From positions 1,920,001 through 1,984,000 of the forward strand of contig CP143273.1 of NCBI GenBank assembly GCA_051013385.1: a DNA stretch of 64,000 bases, read 5' to 3'. This stretch comes from Phormidium sp. (GTDB lineage Bacteria > Cyanobacteriota > Cyanobacteriia > Cyanobacteriales > Aerosakkonemataceae). The translations under genes were made by a program, and so were the position numbers. A model generated the notes under the pieces. The model worked only from the letters and a program-made list of their open reading frames with translations. It made no database searches and was not told where the DNA came from. Positions 10,697 through 21,137 of the stretch are shown one piece after another. The number at the start of each line of letters is the position of its first letter. Position 1 is the first letter of the stretch.

Positions 10697-10974
10697 AATG
10701 AATCCAAATATTGACTATATGAAATTTCCCAAAGGAAGATTTTCGGTTCTTTCTAATTTATAGCAATTTATATTCAAGTCGTGTTATTGATTAACAGTCT
10801 CAGGTATTTATAATTATTCAATGTCCCTGTTTAGTTTTGCCTGAATCACCTGCTTAAGTTCACTCAGAAAGCAGGTTAACTTTATAGAGACTGGTCTTTT
10901 AACTGTTTACTTTTTACCAATATGTTATAAACTACTCAATCATAACAAAGTTAATTTTGTGAGGATACTTAACA

Positions 10975-12132
10975 ATGCGAGTAATGATTTTATATGCTTC
11001 ACTAGGAATGGGGCATATTAGTGCTGCTAACGCTTTAAGTCAGGCTTTCTCTTGCTTTCCTGGGATAGAAGTGCTGAGTGAAGACGCTTTGGCTTATGCT
11101 AGTTCAGTCTATCGCAATGCTGTTATTCAAGCTTACAAAAATTCTAGCGAAAAAGTACCGCAACTTTACAAAGCTCTATATGAAGGAAGTGATATTTCTG
11201 ATTTAGAAAGGTCTTTAGATAGTAATTTAGCATGGGCGAAATTAGAACTTCCTTTCTTTCGACGTTTGGGAAGATTAATTAGGGAAACTGCACCAGATGC
11301 GATCGTCTGCGTGCAACAAATTCCCAGCCGACTGCTACAATTATTAGAGCCGGAAGACCAAGTAAGCAAGCCACAATATGTTGTTGTGACTGATTTAATT
11401 GCTCATAGCACTTGGTTAAATTATGGTGTAGATGGTTATTTTTTACCGAACGATTTGAGCGCCAATATTTTGAAACAACGAGGTGTAAATCCATCACTTC
11501 TTCATATTACTGGAATTCCGGTTAAACTAGAGATTAGTAAGCCAAAATCTAAACCAGAAATGCGATCGGGTCATCATTTACCCCAAGATTTATCGGTAGT
11601 CACTTTATTTGGTGGCGGGTTGAATAGTCGGAGAGTTTATGCGATCGTTTCCTCTTTATTAGAAACACTCAGTTCCGCTATGATTGTAGTAGTGGCTGGC
11701 AGAAATGAAGACTTGCTAGACACTTTAACAGATTTAACAGATAGCCCTCATGTGAAATTACGTAAATTAGGCACAATTGATTATGTAGATGACTTAATTG
11801 TAGCTAGCGATCTAATTATTACTAAAGCCGGGGGATTGATTACTAGCGAAATTTTGGCAAGGGGAACACCAACAATTATTGTAGATCCAATTCCCGGTCA
11901 AGAAGAACAAAATGCTGATGTAATTACTGCCGCAGGTGCTGGAGTACAATTAAGATTATTAGAAATGGTAGCCCCAGCAGTCAAGTATCTTTTAAACCAC
12001 CCAGAAAGACTAACTCAAATGCGTCAATCTGCATTGGAATTAGGCAAACCTCGTGCAGCTTTAAACATAGCTGAACATATTTTATCAGATTGGCGATCGC
12101 GTATCAAGATGTTACAACCTAGCAAGATCTAA
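10975..12132 (+). CDS. MGDG synthase / UgtP-like GT28 glycosyltransferase
   Basis: GMGHISAA, VVTD, TGIPV, ITKAGG and PGQEEQN motifs. Confidence 0.85.
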   Translation: MRVMILYASLGMGHISAANALSQAFSCFPGIEVLSEDALAYASSVYRNAVIQAYKNSSEKVPQLYKALYEGSDISDLERSLDSNLAWAKLELPFFRRLGRLIRETAPDAIVCVQQIPSRLLQLLEPEDQVSKPQYVVVTDLIAHSTWLNYGVDGYFLPNDLSANILKQRGVNPSLLHITGIPVKLEISKPKSKPEMRSGHHLPQDLSVVTLFGGGLNSRRVYAIVSSLLETLSSAMIVVVAGRNEDLLDTLTDLTDSPHVKLRKLGTIDYVDDLIVASDLIITKAGGLITSEILARGTPTIIVDPIPGQEEQNADVITAAGAGVQLRLLEMVAPAVKYLLNHPERLTQMRQSALELGKPRAALNIAEHILSDWRSRIKMLQPSKI

Positions 12133-12136
12133 AACT

Positions 12137-13696
12137 ATGGCAACTTCTCTAACTATCCCAACAAAAAATCAGCAAAACGCAGCTTTCCTCTGGGGAGTTG
12201 CCACATCAGGTTATCAAAGCGAAGGTGGTTACAATGGTTTTTCCCAACCCCAAAATAATTGGACATTCTGGGAAAAGCAAGGTAAAGTAATGCCGACAAA
12301 AGATGCTACAGAATTTTGGCATCGCTATGATGAAGACTTTAAAACCTGCCAAAGATTAGGTTTAAATTCTTTCCGGTTAGGCTTAGAATGGGCAAGAATT
12401 CAACCTTCGAATAGTCCCGAAAGTACCACTGCACCTGCATTTGACACCGATGTTTTAGATAATTATACCGCAATAATTGCTGATTGTTATAAACATAAAT
12501 TAGAACCAATCGTTACATTACATCATTTTACCCATCCGGCATGGTTAGGTTTAGATGCTTGGTTATCAACAGATACAATTGATTGCTTTGTTGAATATGT
12601 TCGAGTTACAATCAATCATATAAATCGCCGTTTAACTGATTACTATCAACTACCGCCAATTAACTGGTATATTACTATCAATGAACCGAACATTTTGCTG
12701 TCTAACACTTATTTAAGCGGTCAATTTCCCGCAGGTTCCGCTATGGGAATTGGGGCAATGATGAAAGGTTACAATCACATTTTAGCGGCTCATGTGCGGG
12801 CTTACAATGTGATTCATGACATCTATGCTGCTGAAGGTTGGCTAACGCCCCAAGTTACTCTTAATACTTACTGTAGTGATTTATATTGGTCGGAAAAGGT
12901 AATTTGGGATTTACTGAATCATCAAAAATTAGGAATTAAAACTCAAGAATTACCAGATTACATTGTTAACAATGCCAAACACTTAGACCGTGCTATAAGC
13001 CGTGCAAAGTTGCCTTTTCGTCGCAATTTACCTTATTTTTTAGGGAAATTAGTTCATCAGGTATCTAATAAATTAGGATATCGGATTTTCGATCCGAAAA
13101 ACTTAGATGTTTATCTGGAAGAGTTGGGGAAATCTGCGCGATCGCAAATTTTCGACTACCTCGCCATTGACTATTACGATCCATTTCTAGCGCACATTTT
13201 TCGACTACCAGATTTCTCTGATTTTGAATTTGAAACCAAAGATTTTCGCGGTTGGTTAATGAGTGGAATTACTAGTAAATGGTGGGATTGGCGATCGCTA
13301 CCAGAAGGATTACACTTTTTCTGCAAATATTATACTGAAACATTAGGTTATCCGATAATGATTGCCGAAAATGGCATGGCATTACGTCGCAAACCTGATA
13401 ATAGTATTTCTAGTTATCGTCGCGATCAAATTAAACGCAGCGATTTTTTGAAAGCACACATTCAGCAAATCAAAAGATTATTAAATGAAAATGTGCCTGT
13501 AATTGGTTATATGCACTGGTCATTAACTGATAATTATGAATGGGGTTCTTATACTCCGAGGTTTGGACTTTTTAGTATTGATTTTGCTAAAAATAGCGAT
13601 CGCATAATTGAAGACCATTTAGGCGATCGACCTTCGGAAACTTACGCACAATTAATTCAAGAAATTGGTACTCCTACCATTTCCTTAAAAAGTTGA
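12137..13696 (+). CDS. Glycoside hydrolase family 1
   Basis: FLWGVATSGYQSEG, TINEP, IAENG and WSLTDNYEW motifs. Confidence 0.9.
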   Translation: MATSLTIPTKNQQNAAFLWGVATSGYQSEGGYNGFSQPQNNWTFWEKQGKVMPTKDATEFWHRYDEDFKTCQRLGLNSFRLGLEWARIQPSNSPESTTAPAFDTDVLDNYTAIIADCYKHKLEPIVTLHHFTHPAWLGLDAWLSTDTIDCFVEYVRVTINHINRRLTDYYQLPPINWYITINEPNILLSNTYLSGQFPAGSAMGIGAMMKGYNHILAAHVRAYNVIHDIYAAEGWLTPQVTLNTYCSDLYWSEKVIWDLLNHQKLGIKTQELPDYIVNNAKHLDRAISRAKLPFRRNLPYFLGKLVHQVSNKLGYRIFDPKNLDVYLEELGKSARSQIFDYLAIDYYDPFLAHIFRLPDFSDFEFETKDFRGWLMSGITSKWWDWRSLPEGLHFFCKYYTETLGYPIMIAENGMALRRKPDNSISSYRRDQIKRSDFLKAHIQQIKRLLNENVPVIGYMHWSLTDNYEWGSYTPRFGLFSIDFAKNSDRIIEDHLGDRPSETYAQLIQEIGTPTISLKS

Positions 13697-13713
13697 ACCA
13701 AATTCTAATTAAT

Positions 13714-13844
13714 CTGAAGTCCCCCTTCTTAATTCGATCCCCCCTAACCCCCCTTAACAAGGGGGGAACCGGATTCAAATTCACCCTTAACAAGGGGGGA
13801 ACCAGATTCAAAGTCCCCCTTATTAAGGGGGATTTAGGGGGATC
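13714..13844. repeat. Cyanobacterial CCCCCTT..AAGGGGG palindromic repeat cluster
   Basis: GATCCCCCCTAA...TTAGGGGGATC with an internal duplicated CCCTTAACAAGGGGGGAACC unit; a related copy lies at about 20880-20950. Confidence 0.75.
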
Positions 13845-13884
13845 TTATCTGTCGCAAAGATTGTGAAAACTGCTATAAGAGATT

Positions 13885-14013
13885 TTATTTACTCCACCAT
13901 TTCCACCATTTCTTATTACCTGTAATTTCTTGCAGTTTAGCTTCAGCATATTCAACTAATGGGGAGAAGGAAATTTCCTTGGCTAACTCGATTCCTCGGC
14001 GCAAAAATTCCAT
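13885..14013 (-). pseudogene. 42-codon ORF, probable orphan 3' gene fragment
   Basis: Reads MEFLRRGIELAKEISFSPLVEYAEAKLQEITGNKKWWKWWSK* and sits between two repeat elements. Confidence 0.3.
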
Positions 14014-14061
14014 AGAAACCCGATTTCTTTTTAGGAAACCGAGTTTCTGCCTAAATAAAAT

Positions 14062-14415
14062 CTACTCTAGCTTTTGCTTAATGATTTCCGGTTTTTCTCG
14101 GAAACCAACTAATACTGCTGTGCCATTTTTAACAAACAAAGGTCTTTTAAGTAGCATGGCATCTTTGGCAAAAGCATCTATCCATTCTTCATCCGTCCAA
14201 CTTTGTTTTACTTCCCCCAATGCGCGGTAAGATTGTCCTGAAGTGTTTCGCATTGGTTTAGATCCGAGAGTTTGCACCCAGCTTTCAATTATCTCGCGAG
14301 AGGGAGGATTTTCTTTAGTATTGATGAAATCATATTTAATATTATTATCAGACAGCCATTGCAGTGCTTTTTTACAGGTGCCGCAGTTAGGAATGCCGTA
14401 AATTTGAATCGTCAT
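14062..14415 (-). CDS. ArsC/Spx/MgsR family protein
   Basis: IYGIPNCGTCKKA and LLKRP motifs. Confidence 0.85.
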   Translation of the reverse strand: MTIQIYGIPNCGTCKKALQWLSDNNIKYDFINTKENPPSREIIESWVQTLGSKPMRNTSGQSYRALGEVKQSWTDEEWIDAFAKDAMLLKRPLFVKNGTAVLVGFREKPEIIKQKLE

Positions 14416-14569
14416 GGTGTTGTTTACCGAAATTTTGAGAGAGTTTACCGAAATAGAGATTTTTATTTAATCCAGTAGAATTATTAAGTGTAACTCCTAA
14501 TTTTAATAATCTCAATCCTTGATTTTGAGACAAAATGGAGTCGTTAACTAAATCACGGTTTTGATACCA

Positions 14570-15910
14570 ATGGCAGAACCACATAACACTAATTTACCTT
14601 CCGATGATTCTTCGCAGTTGAATCAAACAACTGATGATCTTACCAAAAAGTCAGTTGATGAATCTTGGCAAAGTCGTATTGCTGAGGTTTGGAACAATAC
14701 TAGTAATAGCTTGAATGAGTTTAAAAAACTTCTACCTGTTGAGCCAGTGGCGCAAAAGATTGTAGAATTGTTTAGTGTCAGCGAGTCTCAAGTAGCAGAA
14801 ATTCTGGCAACAGTTCAGGCGGAATTACCCACAACTGAAGCATTGTTAATTGGTAAACCACAAGCGGGAAAAAGTTCGATCGTTCGCGGACTAACAGGCG
14901 TTTCTGCGGAAATTGTTGGTCAAGGTTTTCGTCCTCACACCCAAAATACTAAACGTTATGTTTATCCTTCTGATGATTTGCCGTTGCTGATTTTTACTGA
15001 TACGGTAGGTCTAGGAGATGTTAATCAGAATACACAGGCTATTATTGATGAATTGATTGGAGATTTACAAAAAACCAATCGGGCAAAAATCTTAATCCTG
15101 ACTGTTAAAACTAATGACTTTGCTACTGATACTTTACGCGAAATCGCTGAAGAATTGCAGAAAAAGTATCCCGATATTCCCTGTTTGTTGGCGGTAACTT
15201 GTTTGCATGAAGTTTACCCGCCTGGTGTTGATAATCATCCGAGTTATCCGCCTGATTTTCTGGAAGTTAATCGCACATTTACGGCTTTAAAAACTGCTTT
15301 TTCGGGATTGTACGATCGCGCCATCCAAATCGACTTCACCCTAGAAGAAGATGGTTATACTCCCGTATTTTACGGTTTAGAAGCGTTGAGAGATGCCTTA
15401 GCAGATTTACTCCCAGAAGCCGAAGCTAACGCGATTTATCAATTATTAGATCAGGAAGAAACTGGCAGAAAACTGGGTAATCTTTATCGAGATGTCGGGC
15501 GACGTTATATCATGGCATTTTCGATTATGGCTGCTACTTTAGCCGCTGTACCATTGCCATTTGCTACTATGCCTGTATTAACAGCTTTGCAAGTTTCAAT
15601 GGTAACTTTATTAGGTAATTTGTATGGACAAACTATCACGCCATCGCAAGCAGGTGGGATTGTCAGTGCGATCGCAGGTGGATTTTTAGCTCAAGCGATC
15701 GGACGAGAATTAGTTAAATTCATCCCCATTTTTGGTAGCGTAATTGCGGCATCTTGGGCAGCGGCTTATACTTGGGCTTTAGGTGAAGCTGCTTGTGTTT
15801 ATTTCGGGGATTTAATTGGTGGGAAAAAACCCGATCCTCAGCGAATTCAAAATGTAATGCAAGAATCTTTTAAAGCAGCAAAAGAAAGATTTAAAGGAAT
15901 AAATAGTTAA
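14570..15910 (+). CDS. P-loop GTPase with DUF697/YcjF-like membrane domain
   Basis: GKPQAGKSS and DTVG motifs; hydrophobic C-terminus AAVPLPFA. Confidence 0.75.
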   Translation: MAEPHNTNLPSDDSSQLNQTTDDLTKKSVDESWQSRIAEVWNNTSNSLNEFKKLLPVEPVAQKIVELFSVSESQVAEILATVQAELPTTEALLIGKPQAGKSSIVRGLTGVSAEIVGQGFRPHTQNTKRYVYPSDDLPLLIFTDTVGLGDVNQNTQAIIDELIGDLQKTNRAKILILTVKTNDFATDTLREIAEELQKKYPDIPCLLAVTCLHEVYPPGVDNHPSYPPDFLEVNRTFTALKTAFSGLYDRAIQIDFTLEEDGYTPVFYGLEALRDALADLLPEAEANAIYQLLDQEETGRKLGNLYRDVGRRYIMAFSIMAATLAAVPLPFATMPVLTALQVSMVTLLGNLYGQTITPSQAGGIVSAIAGGFLAQAIGRELVKFIPIFGSVIAASWAAAYTWALGEAACVYFGDLIGGKKPDPQRIQNVMQESFKAAKERFKGINS

Positions 15911-15919
15911 TCATAATTA

Positions 15920-15953
15920 AATGTAGAGACGTTATATATAACGTCTCTACATT
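15920..15953. repeat. Perfect GTAG-type palindrome between convergent genes (possible terminator)
   Basis: AATGTAGAGACGTTATATATAACGTCTCTACATT; a second copy is at about 32625-32657. Confidence 0.75.
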
Positions 15954-15963
15954 GGATTATTTT

Positions 15964-16676
15964 TTAAGCAGCGATCGCTTCTTGATAAACGATAAACAGA
16001 CTCTTTTTCGCTCCACAAATTGGACAATACCAATCATCTGGAATCTCAGCAAAAGGAGTTCCCGGAGCAATTCCTGAATCAGGATCGCCTACAGTAGGAT
16101 CGTAAATCATCGAACATTGGCGACAAATCCATTTTTGCATCGCCTGATCTTCGCTTGCACTTCTGGGGAAAGCAGCTTTCCCATCCAAAGCACCCAAAGC
16201 TTCGGTATATTGTTGCGCGTGATGTTGCTCAATGTGCGTTAACAAACCAAAATTTTTGGCTGCGGTGTGAAACATGGTAGCGTGTTCTTTAGATTCCTCT
16301 GTTTGTGCAGTAAACTCAGCGACAGCATCACTATCCTCATCTGCTTTTGCTTCAGCCGCAAAACCTGGATACATGGTAGTGTATTCGTAAGTTTCGCCCT
16401 CAATAGCGAGTTCTAAACAACGAGCAGCGATCGCTTTTTTTCCTCCTCACTCAGTTTAGCTGGATCGTCCACAACTATTTCAGGATGCAACAACCGAAAA
16501 TGTGCAAAAGCGTGTTCTGTCTCTTGATTTGCTGTTTCTTTGAATAACTTTGACAGTTCACTCATCCCCAGTTTCCGAGTCACTTCCGCAAAAAACAAAT
16601 ACTTGCGATTTGCCATTGACTCGCCACCAAAAGCAGCTTCCAAATTTTTAGCAGTGTTCGACTGTGAAAGATCCAT
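15964..16676 (-). pseudogene. Rubrerythrin-rubredoxin fusion interrupted by a 1-nt frameshift
   Basis: NLEAAFGGESMANRKY...ETEHA in one frame; [14 protein letters not shown]...CRQC...CPIC in the other; break at an A7 run (16435-16441). GAGGAG ribosome-binding site upstream of 16676. Confidence 0.85.
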
Positions 16677-16761
16677 CAATGTCTCCTCAAAATCCCAAGA
16701 GGCTATTTCTAAACATCTTAAATCCGTAGGGTGCGTTACGCCAGCGTAACGCACCTTAATC

Positions 16762-16907
16762 TAAATTACTGTTTGGCAGGCAAAATTAAATTACTGTTTG
16801 GCAGGCAAAATTAAATTACTGTTTGGCAGGCAAAATTAAATTACTGTTTGGCAGGCAAAATTAAATTACTGTTTGGCAGGCAAAATTAAATTACTGTTTG
16901 GCAGGCA
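16762..16907. repeat. Perfect 25-bp tandem repeat (5 full copies plus a partial)
   Basis: Unit TAAATTACTGTTTGGCAGGCAAAAT, with no spacers. Confidence 0.95.
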
Positions 16908-16934
16908 GGATGCCTACCCTACAATATAGTTGTA

Positions 16935-17149
16935 ATACCAAATCCTGGTTATACCAATTCTCTATAAAGATGCGCTTAATTCACCCCACCCCAAACCCCT
17001 CCCCGTCTACAGGGAGGGGCTATGATTAAGCGCAATTTTACAAAGAATTGGTATGTAGTTACCCCTCTATCTTCTCCTTCTTTCCTCTGCGTCCTCTGCG
17101 TCCTCTGCGGTTCATTAATAAAAGGGGTTTTTCACCCGGATTTAGTATA
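16935..17149. repeat. Nested MITE-like elements
   Basis: Outer ATACCAAATCC...GGATTTAGTAT; inner ATACCAATTCT...AGAATTGGTAT containing a CCCCTCCC..GGGAGGGG hairpin; CCTCTGCG(T) x3. Confidence 0.65.
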
Positions 17150-17257
17150 ACTCCTGTGGGGTGGGCATCTTGCCCGCAAAGAGAATATGGAGAAATAATT
17201 GAGATGTAAACTGTTTTTATATCATCAATATTTTAAAAAATAAAATTGAGTAAATTA

Positions 17258-18739
17258 CTAAAACAACTTCGCCACACTAGGCTTAGTAACTTTCCCCATC
17301 GCATTTCGAGGTAACTCTTCAACCACCAAAATTTTACTAGGAACTTTATAAGTAGCCAATCGTTCTTTTGCCCAACTTCTGAGATTTTCTAAACTTAGAT
17401 CGCTCCCCGATTTTAATATCAAAGCCGCACAAACTCGCTCACCCCATTCAGCATCCTCCACTCCCACAACAGCACAATCTAAAATATCTGAATGAGTGCG
17501 TAAAACCTCCTCAATTTCCAAAGCGGAAACTTTATAACCGCCAGTTTTAATAATATCAACACTCATCCGTCCCAAAATCCGATAATTATCGTTTTCTACT
17601 ACGGCAAAATCCCCCGTACAAAACCAACTATCGCGAAAAGCTTTAACAGTAGCTTCTGGTTTTTGCCAATATTCCAGAAAAACAGTTGCGCCTCTAACTT
17701 GAATTTCTCCCGGAGTTCCTGGAGTTACTAATTTCCCATTTTCATCTACTAATCTAACTTCCACTTGCGGCAAAGGTTTGCCCACATATCCGGCGAATCT
17801 TTCACCGTTTAAAGCGTTAGATAAAGCCATGCCAATTTCGGTCATTCCGTAGCGTTCCAAGAGAAAATGACCGCTAATATTTTGCCATTTTTCTAATACT
17901 TTAACTGGTAAAGCTGCGGAGCCGGAAACCATTAACCGCATTTTAGCACAGCCATTAGAAATTCTTTGTTGTTGATCGCGATCGCTCTTTTCCCAAGCTG
18001 CAATTAACTTAACATAAATCGTCGGTACAGCCATAAATAAAGTTAAGTCACCATCACTAATGCGATCGCAAACAACCTCCGCATCAAACTTAGGTAAAAT
18101 ATGACATTCTGCCCCACTCCACAAAGCACAAGTTAGCACGTTAATAATGCCATGAATATGATGTAAAGGTAAGACGTGCAAAATGCGATCGTCCTTTGTC
18201 CATCCCCAAGCAGAAACCAAACTTGTTACTTGCGCTTGAATATTTTCATGTGTAGTAACAACACCCTTGGGTTTTCCAGTTGTCCCGCTAGTATAAAGGA
18301 TTAAAGCTCGTCTATTAAGCTCAATTTTTGGCAGCAAACTAACTTCTTCAGGCAGAGTTTCCGAAGTTAAAATAAATCGTAAATTTCTCTCTTCAGCTAT
18401 GGGGCGCAATAGGTCTGCAAAACTGGGATGTGCAATAATAATTGATGCCCCTGAATCAGAAATTACATAATCTAACTCAGGTTTGGGATGAGAAACACAC
18501 AGAGGTACAGCGATTCCCCCTGCACGCCAAATCCCCCATTGTGTAGCGACATACTGAAATCCCGAAGGTATAAGAAAAGCCACTCGCTGTTCTTGTAAAT
18601 CTGTGATATTATCCAAAAGTTTAGTCGCAATTTTAGCCGAAGTTTCCAGTAAATCCTGATAGGTAAAAGTTCCTTCAGTGGCGACAATGGCGGTTTTGGT
18701 TAGGTTTTGGTGGGCGCGATCGATCGGTGGGAGATTCAC
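17258..18739 (-). CDS. Acyl-CoA synthetase (malonyl-CoA synthetase MatB/ACSF3-like)
   Basis: YTSGTTGKPKG, LERYGMTE and PRNAMGKV motifs. Confidence 0.9.
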   Translation of the reverse strand: MNLPPIDRAHQNLTKTAIVATEGTFTYQDLLETSAKIATKLLDNITDLQEQRVAFLIPSGFQYVATQWGIWRAGGIAVPLCVSHPKPELDYVISDSGASIIIAHPSFADLLRPIAEERNLRFILTSETLPEEVSLLPKIELNRRALILYTSGTTGKPKGVVTTHENIQAQVTSLVSAWGWTKDDRILHVLPLHHIHGIINVLTCALWSGAECHILPKFDAEVVCDRISDGDLTLFMAVPTIYVKLIAAWEKSDRDQQQRISNGCAKMRLMVSGSAALPVKVLEKWQNISGHFLLERYGMTEIGMALSNALNGERFAGYVGKPLPQVEVRLVDENGKLVTPGTPGEIQVRGATVFLEYWQKPEATVKAFRDSWFCTGDFAVVENDNYRILGRMSVDIIKTGGYKVSALEIEEVLRTHSDILDCAVVGVEDAEWGERVCAALILKSGSDLSLENLRSWAKERLATYKVPSKILVVEELPRNAMGKVTKPSVAKLF

Positions 18740-18880
18740 GTTAGTTAGTCAGTTGATTTTAGTAACATAAAGAATAGCATTATGAGTAGGCTTCTCTGAC
18801 TGATATTTAGAAGAGCTTATGCAGCGCTAAACGGACTTTTAACTTTACCGTTATCCGGTAACTATGGCTAATGACCCAAC

Positions 18881-19444
18881 CTATCTCCCTACTAAATGGT
18901 TGAATTGAAGGTGATGTGGAGAGCTAATCTTCAGCATCCGATCTGGACGGTCATGAATGCTATTTTTAGGATTACGTGATGGTTTTTTGGGAATACTGAT
19001 ATCCCTAATGCTGACGAAACGATATTCATAATTTTTCAGGAAACTTGGCTGATTCCAAAATGACTGACCAATTTCTCGACAATAGGCAACGAAACACTGC
19101 GCTCCTTGAAGTTGTCTAATAATATCTGTCTCCGATCCTCCTTTCCCTGCCTTCATCTCAATACAGAGAATGACCTTTTTCTGACTAGTATTAGCAATGA
19201 TGACAAAATCAGCACATTTACATTCTCCACTCTTTCCTTTAAAAATTGCATTTGCTGAACTAAAAGCATCTGCCTTAATGATAATGACCTCATCATCATC
19301 GGGCATTCCAATAATAGTTACCGAATAGTTTGCAGGAGGAGGTTCTTTGAGCTTGACCTGTTTTTTACCATTGCCATAGGGATCTTCCAATGACACTATA
19401 GCGTTATCCTTGATCATCTCTTTGAGGATAGCAATATCGGACAT
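18881..19444 (-). CDS. Hypothetical protein, putative PD-(D/E)xK nuclease
   Basis: ADFVII...IEMK...Q pattern; coupled to the upstream ATPase gene. Confidence 0.55.
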   Translation of the reverse strand: MSDIAILKEMIKDNAIVSLEDPYGNGKKQVKLKEPPPANYSVTIIGMPDDDEVIIIKADAFSSANAIFKGKSGECKCADFVIIANTSQKKVILCIEMKAGKGGSETDIIRQLQGAQCFVAYCREIGQSFWNQPSFLKNYEYRFVSIRDISIPKKPSRNPKNSIHDRPDRMLKISSPHHLQFNHLVGR

Positions 19445-20829
19445 TATTCCTTACCCCAGATGATCGCTTCTTGAATCCGGTTCATTGTTTCAATGGTTGG
19501 ATCAAAACTACGGGCTTCAATACCCAATTCTGGGTCAATGTTTGCTGGTGTCAGGGTTTGGCATTTGGTTTTTCTATTTTTTCCTTCAGGCGTTATTAAT
19601 ACTTCTTCGGCGATATAAACTTTTATTTTTTTAGCAGATATTAATTCTTCTGCCCGGTAATTTTCTTCTTTAGCAATTCGTTTGAGATGAGGTTTATCAT
19701 GATTGAGCATAATTAATGTATTTAATTCTTTGATAATATAATCACTGTGGGTAGTAATAAAAACTTTAATACCAAGGTTGATCAATCTAGCGAAAAGTTT
19801 GGCAACGCGACGTTGATTTTCTGGGTGTAGATTCAATTCAGGTTCATCTATCATCAATAAATCACCAAGTTGCGCCTCATGTTTGAGATAAAAACCGATG
19901 TCTAGTAGAGAACGGACAGCACTAGAACTTTGATCCATAGAAAGCTTGACCCGTTTACCCTTCGGTACATAATAAAGCTCATCGTTGCGAGTGACAGTAT
20001 ACTCACCACCAATGATATCGGCAAAATCTGCCAATACATCAGGATGATTCTCAGCAATGAAACTACTTTTTTTGAAAATTGTCTCCAGTTCCCGTGTAAA
20101 ATCCACATTCGTCTTTATCGGCAAGGCATAATCTTGATAGACCTTGAATAAAAGGTCCATCGGATTGATATTGTTGTTAGCTTGACCCATTTCTTCAATC
20201 AAACGATTGCGGGCAAAATTTAACTCTTTGCGAAAAATAGCAGCCCCAGTTCGTTCTGCACTGGCGATAAAAGGGCGGGGGATAACCTCAGAAAAAATTA
20301 TGAGTTTTAGTGCATCAGCAATGGTGCGATTAAGTATTTCTCTAGGGATTTTTGCTTTATCTTTTTCAACTAACAGAGTAACAGCTAATTCTCGACTTTC
20401 TTCACTTTTTGTCATCGAGAATATCTCAACATTAGCCGAGCCTATGGTTAGTTCAAAACGGCGAGTTAAACTAATATTTTTAATGTCCAAATTTACTTGA
20501 AATTCAGTTTTTTTAAATAGTTCCTTTGGAGCGGCAAAAATATTTGGTAATTCCTGGGTATATGCCTGACAAGCTTTAGTAACAATCTGTTCGGATTGTT
20601 GGACGTATTCTTGTATATCAATCCGAATTACTCCATCAGCAAGGAGTTGCTCAATCTTGTCATCTTTAATTTCGATCGCAAACATCTGCCGCCAACTATA
20701 TAAAAAGCCAAACAGAGCGTAAGTAGCGTAAGTCTTACCAGTATTATTGCAGCCACAAATGATCGTTAAGTCGCCAAGGGTAAATTCGGCTTGCTTTAAA
20801 GCACCAAGATTTTTAACTTTTATTTTCAT
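19444..20829 (-). CDS. ABC-type (AAA_15/AAA_21) ATPase
   Basis: Walker A GCNNTGKT, Walker B LLMIDEPE-x-NLHP, H-loop TTHS. Confidence 0.85.
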   Translation of the reverse strand: MKIKVKNLGALKQAEFTLGDLTIICGCNNTGKTYATYALFGFLYSWRQMFAIEIKDDKIEQLLADGVIRIDIQEYVQQSEQIVTKACQAYTQELPNIFAAPKELFKKTEFQVNLDIKNISLTRRFELTIGSANVEIFSMTKSEESRELAVTLLVEKDKAKIPREILNRTIADALKLIIFSEVIPRPFIASAERTGAAIFRKELNFARNRLIEEMGQANNNINPMDLLFKVYQDYALPIKTNVDFTRELETIFKKSSFIAENHPDVLADFADIIGGEYTVTRNDELYYVPKGKRVKLSMDQSSSAVRSLLDIGFYLKHEAQLGDLLMIDEPELNLHPENQRRVAKLFARLINLGIKVFITTHSDYIIKELNTLIMLNHDKPHLKRIAKEENYRAEELISAKKIKVYIAEEVLITPEGKNRKTKCQTLTPANIDPELGIEARSFDPTIETMNRIQEAIIWGKE

Positions 20830-21021
20830 TCTGTTTTTCCAGGTAACTCAAGTTGCTAGTTATGAGTTTATCTGTTTTCGATCCCCCTAAATCCCCTTTT
20901 AAGGGGATTTAGAATTTGGTTCCCCCTGTTTAAGGGGGGCAAGGGGACTCGAATCCACAATAACTTAACCTATCCTATGCAAATATCTCATTTTTAAGAT
21001 TCATCTTTCGGGGGATTTGGC

Positions 21022-21073
21022 TAGCAGGTAAGGTTTTTAATTTTGCGATCGCTCTTTCAAGTAACTCAGTCAT
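21022..21073 (-). pseudogene. 5' remnant of a small antitoxin-like gene
   Basis: Reads MTELLERAIAKLKTLPAS, then breaks at the 19-bp repeat. Confidence 0.45.
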
Positions 21074-21137
21074 AACTGCCACACTTCCTTAATATCAATT
21101 ATTATCGCTTATTTATCAATTAATCTAAGTGACAATA

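Noticed and set aside
16762..16907. Possible CRISPR array
   Set aside because: Units are head-to-tail identical with no spacers, and there are no cas genes in the window.
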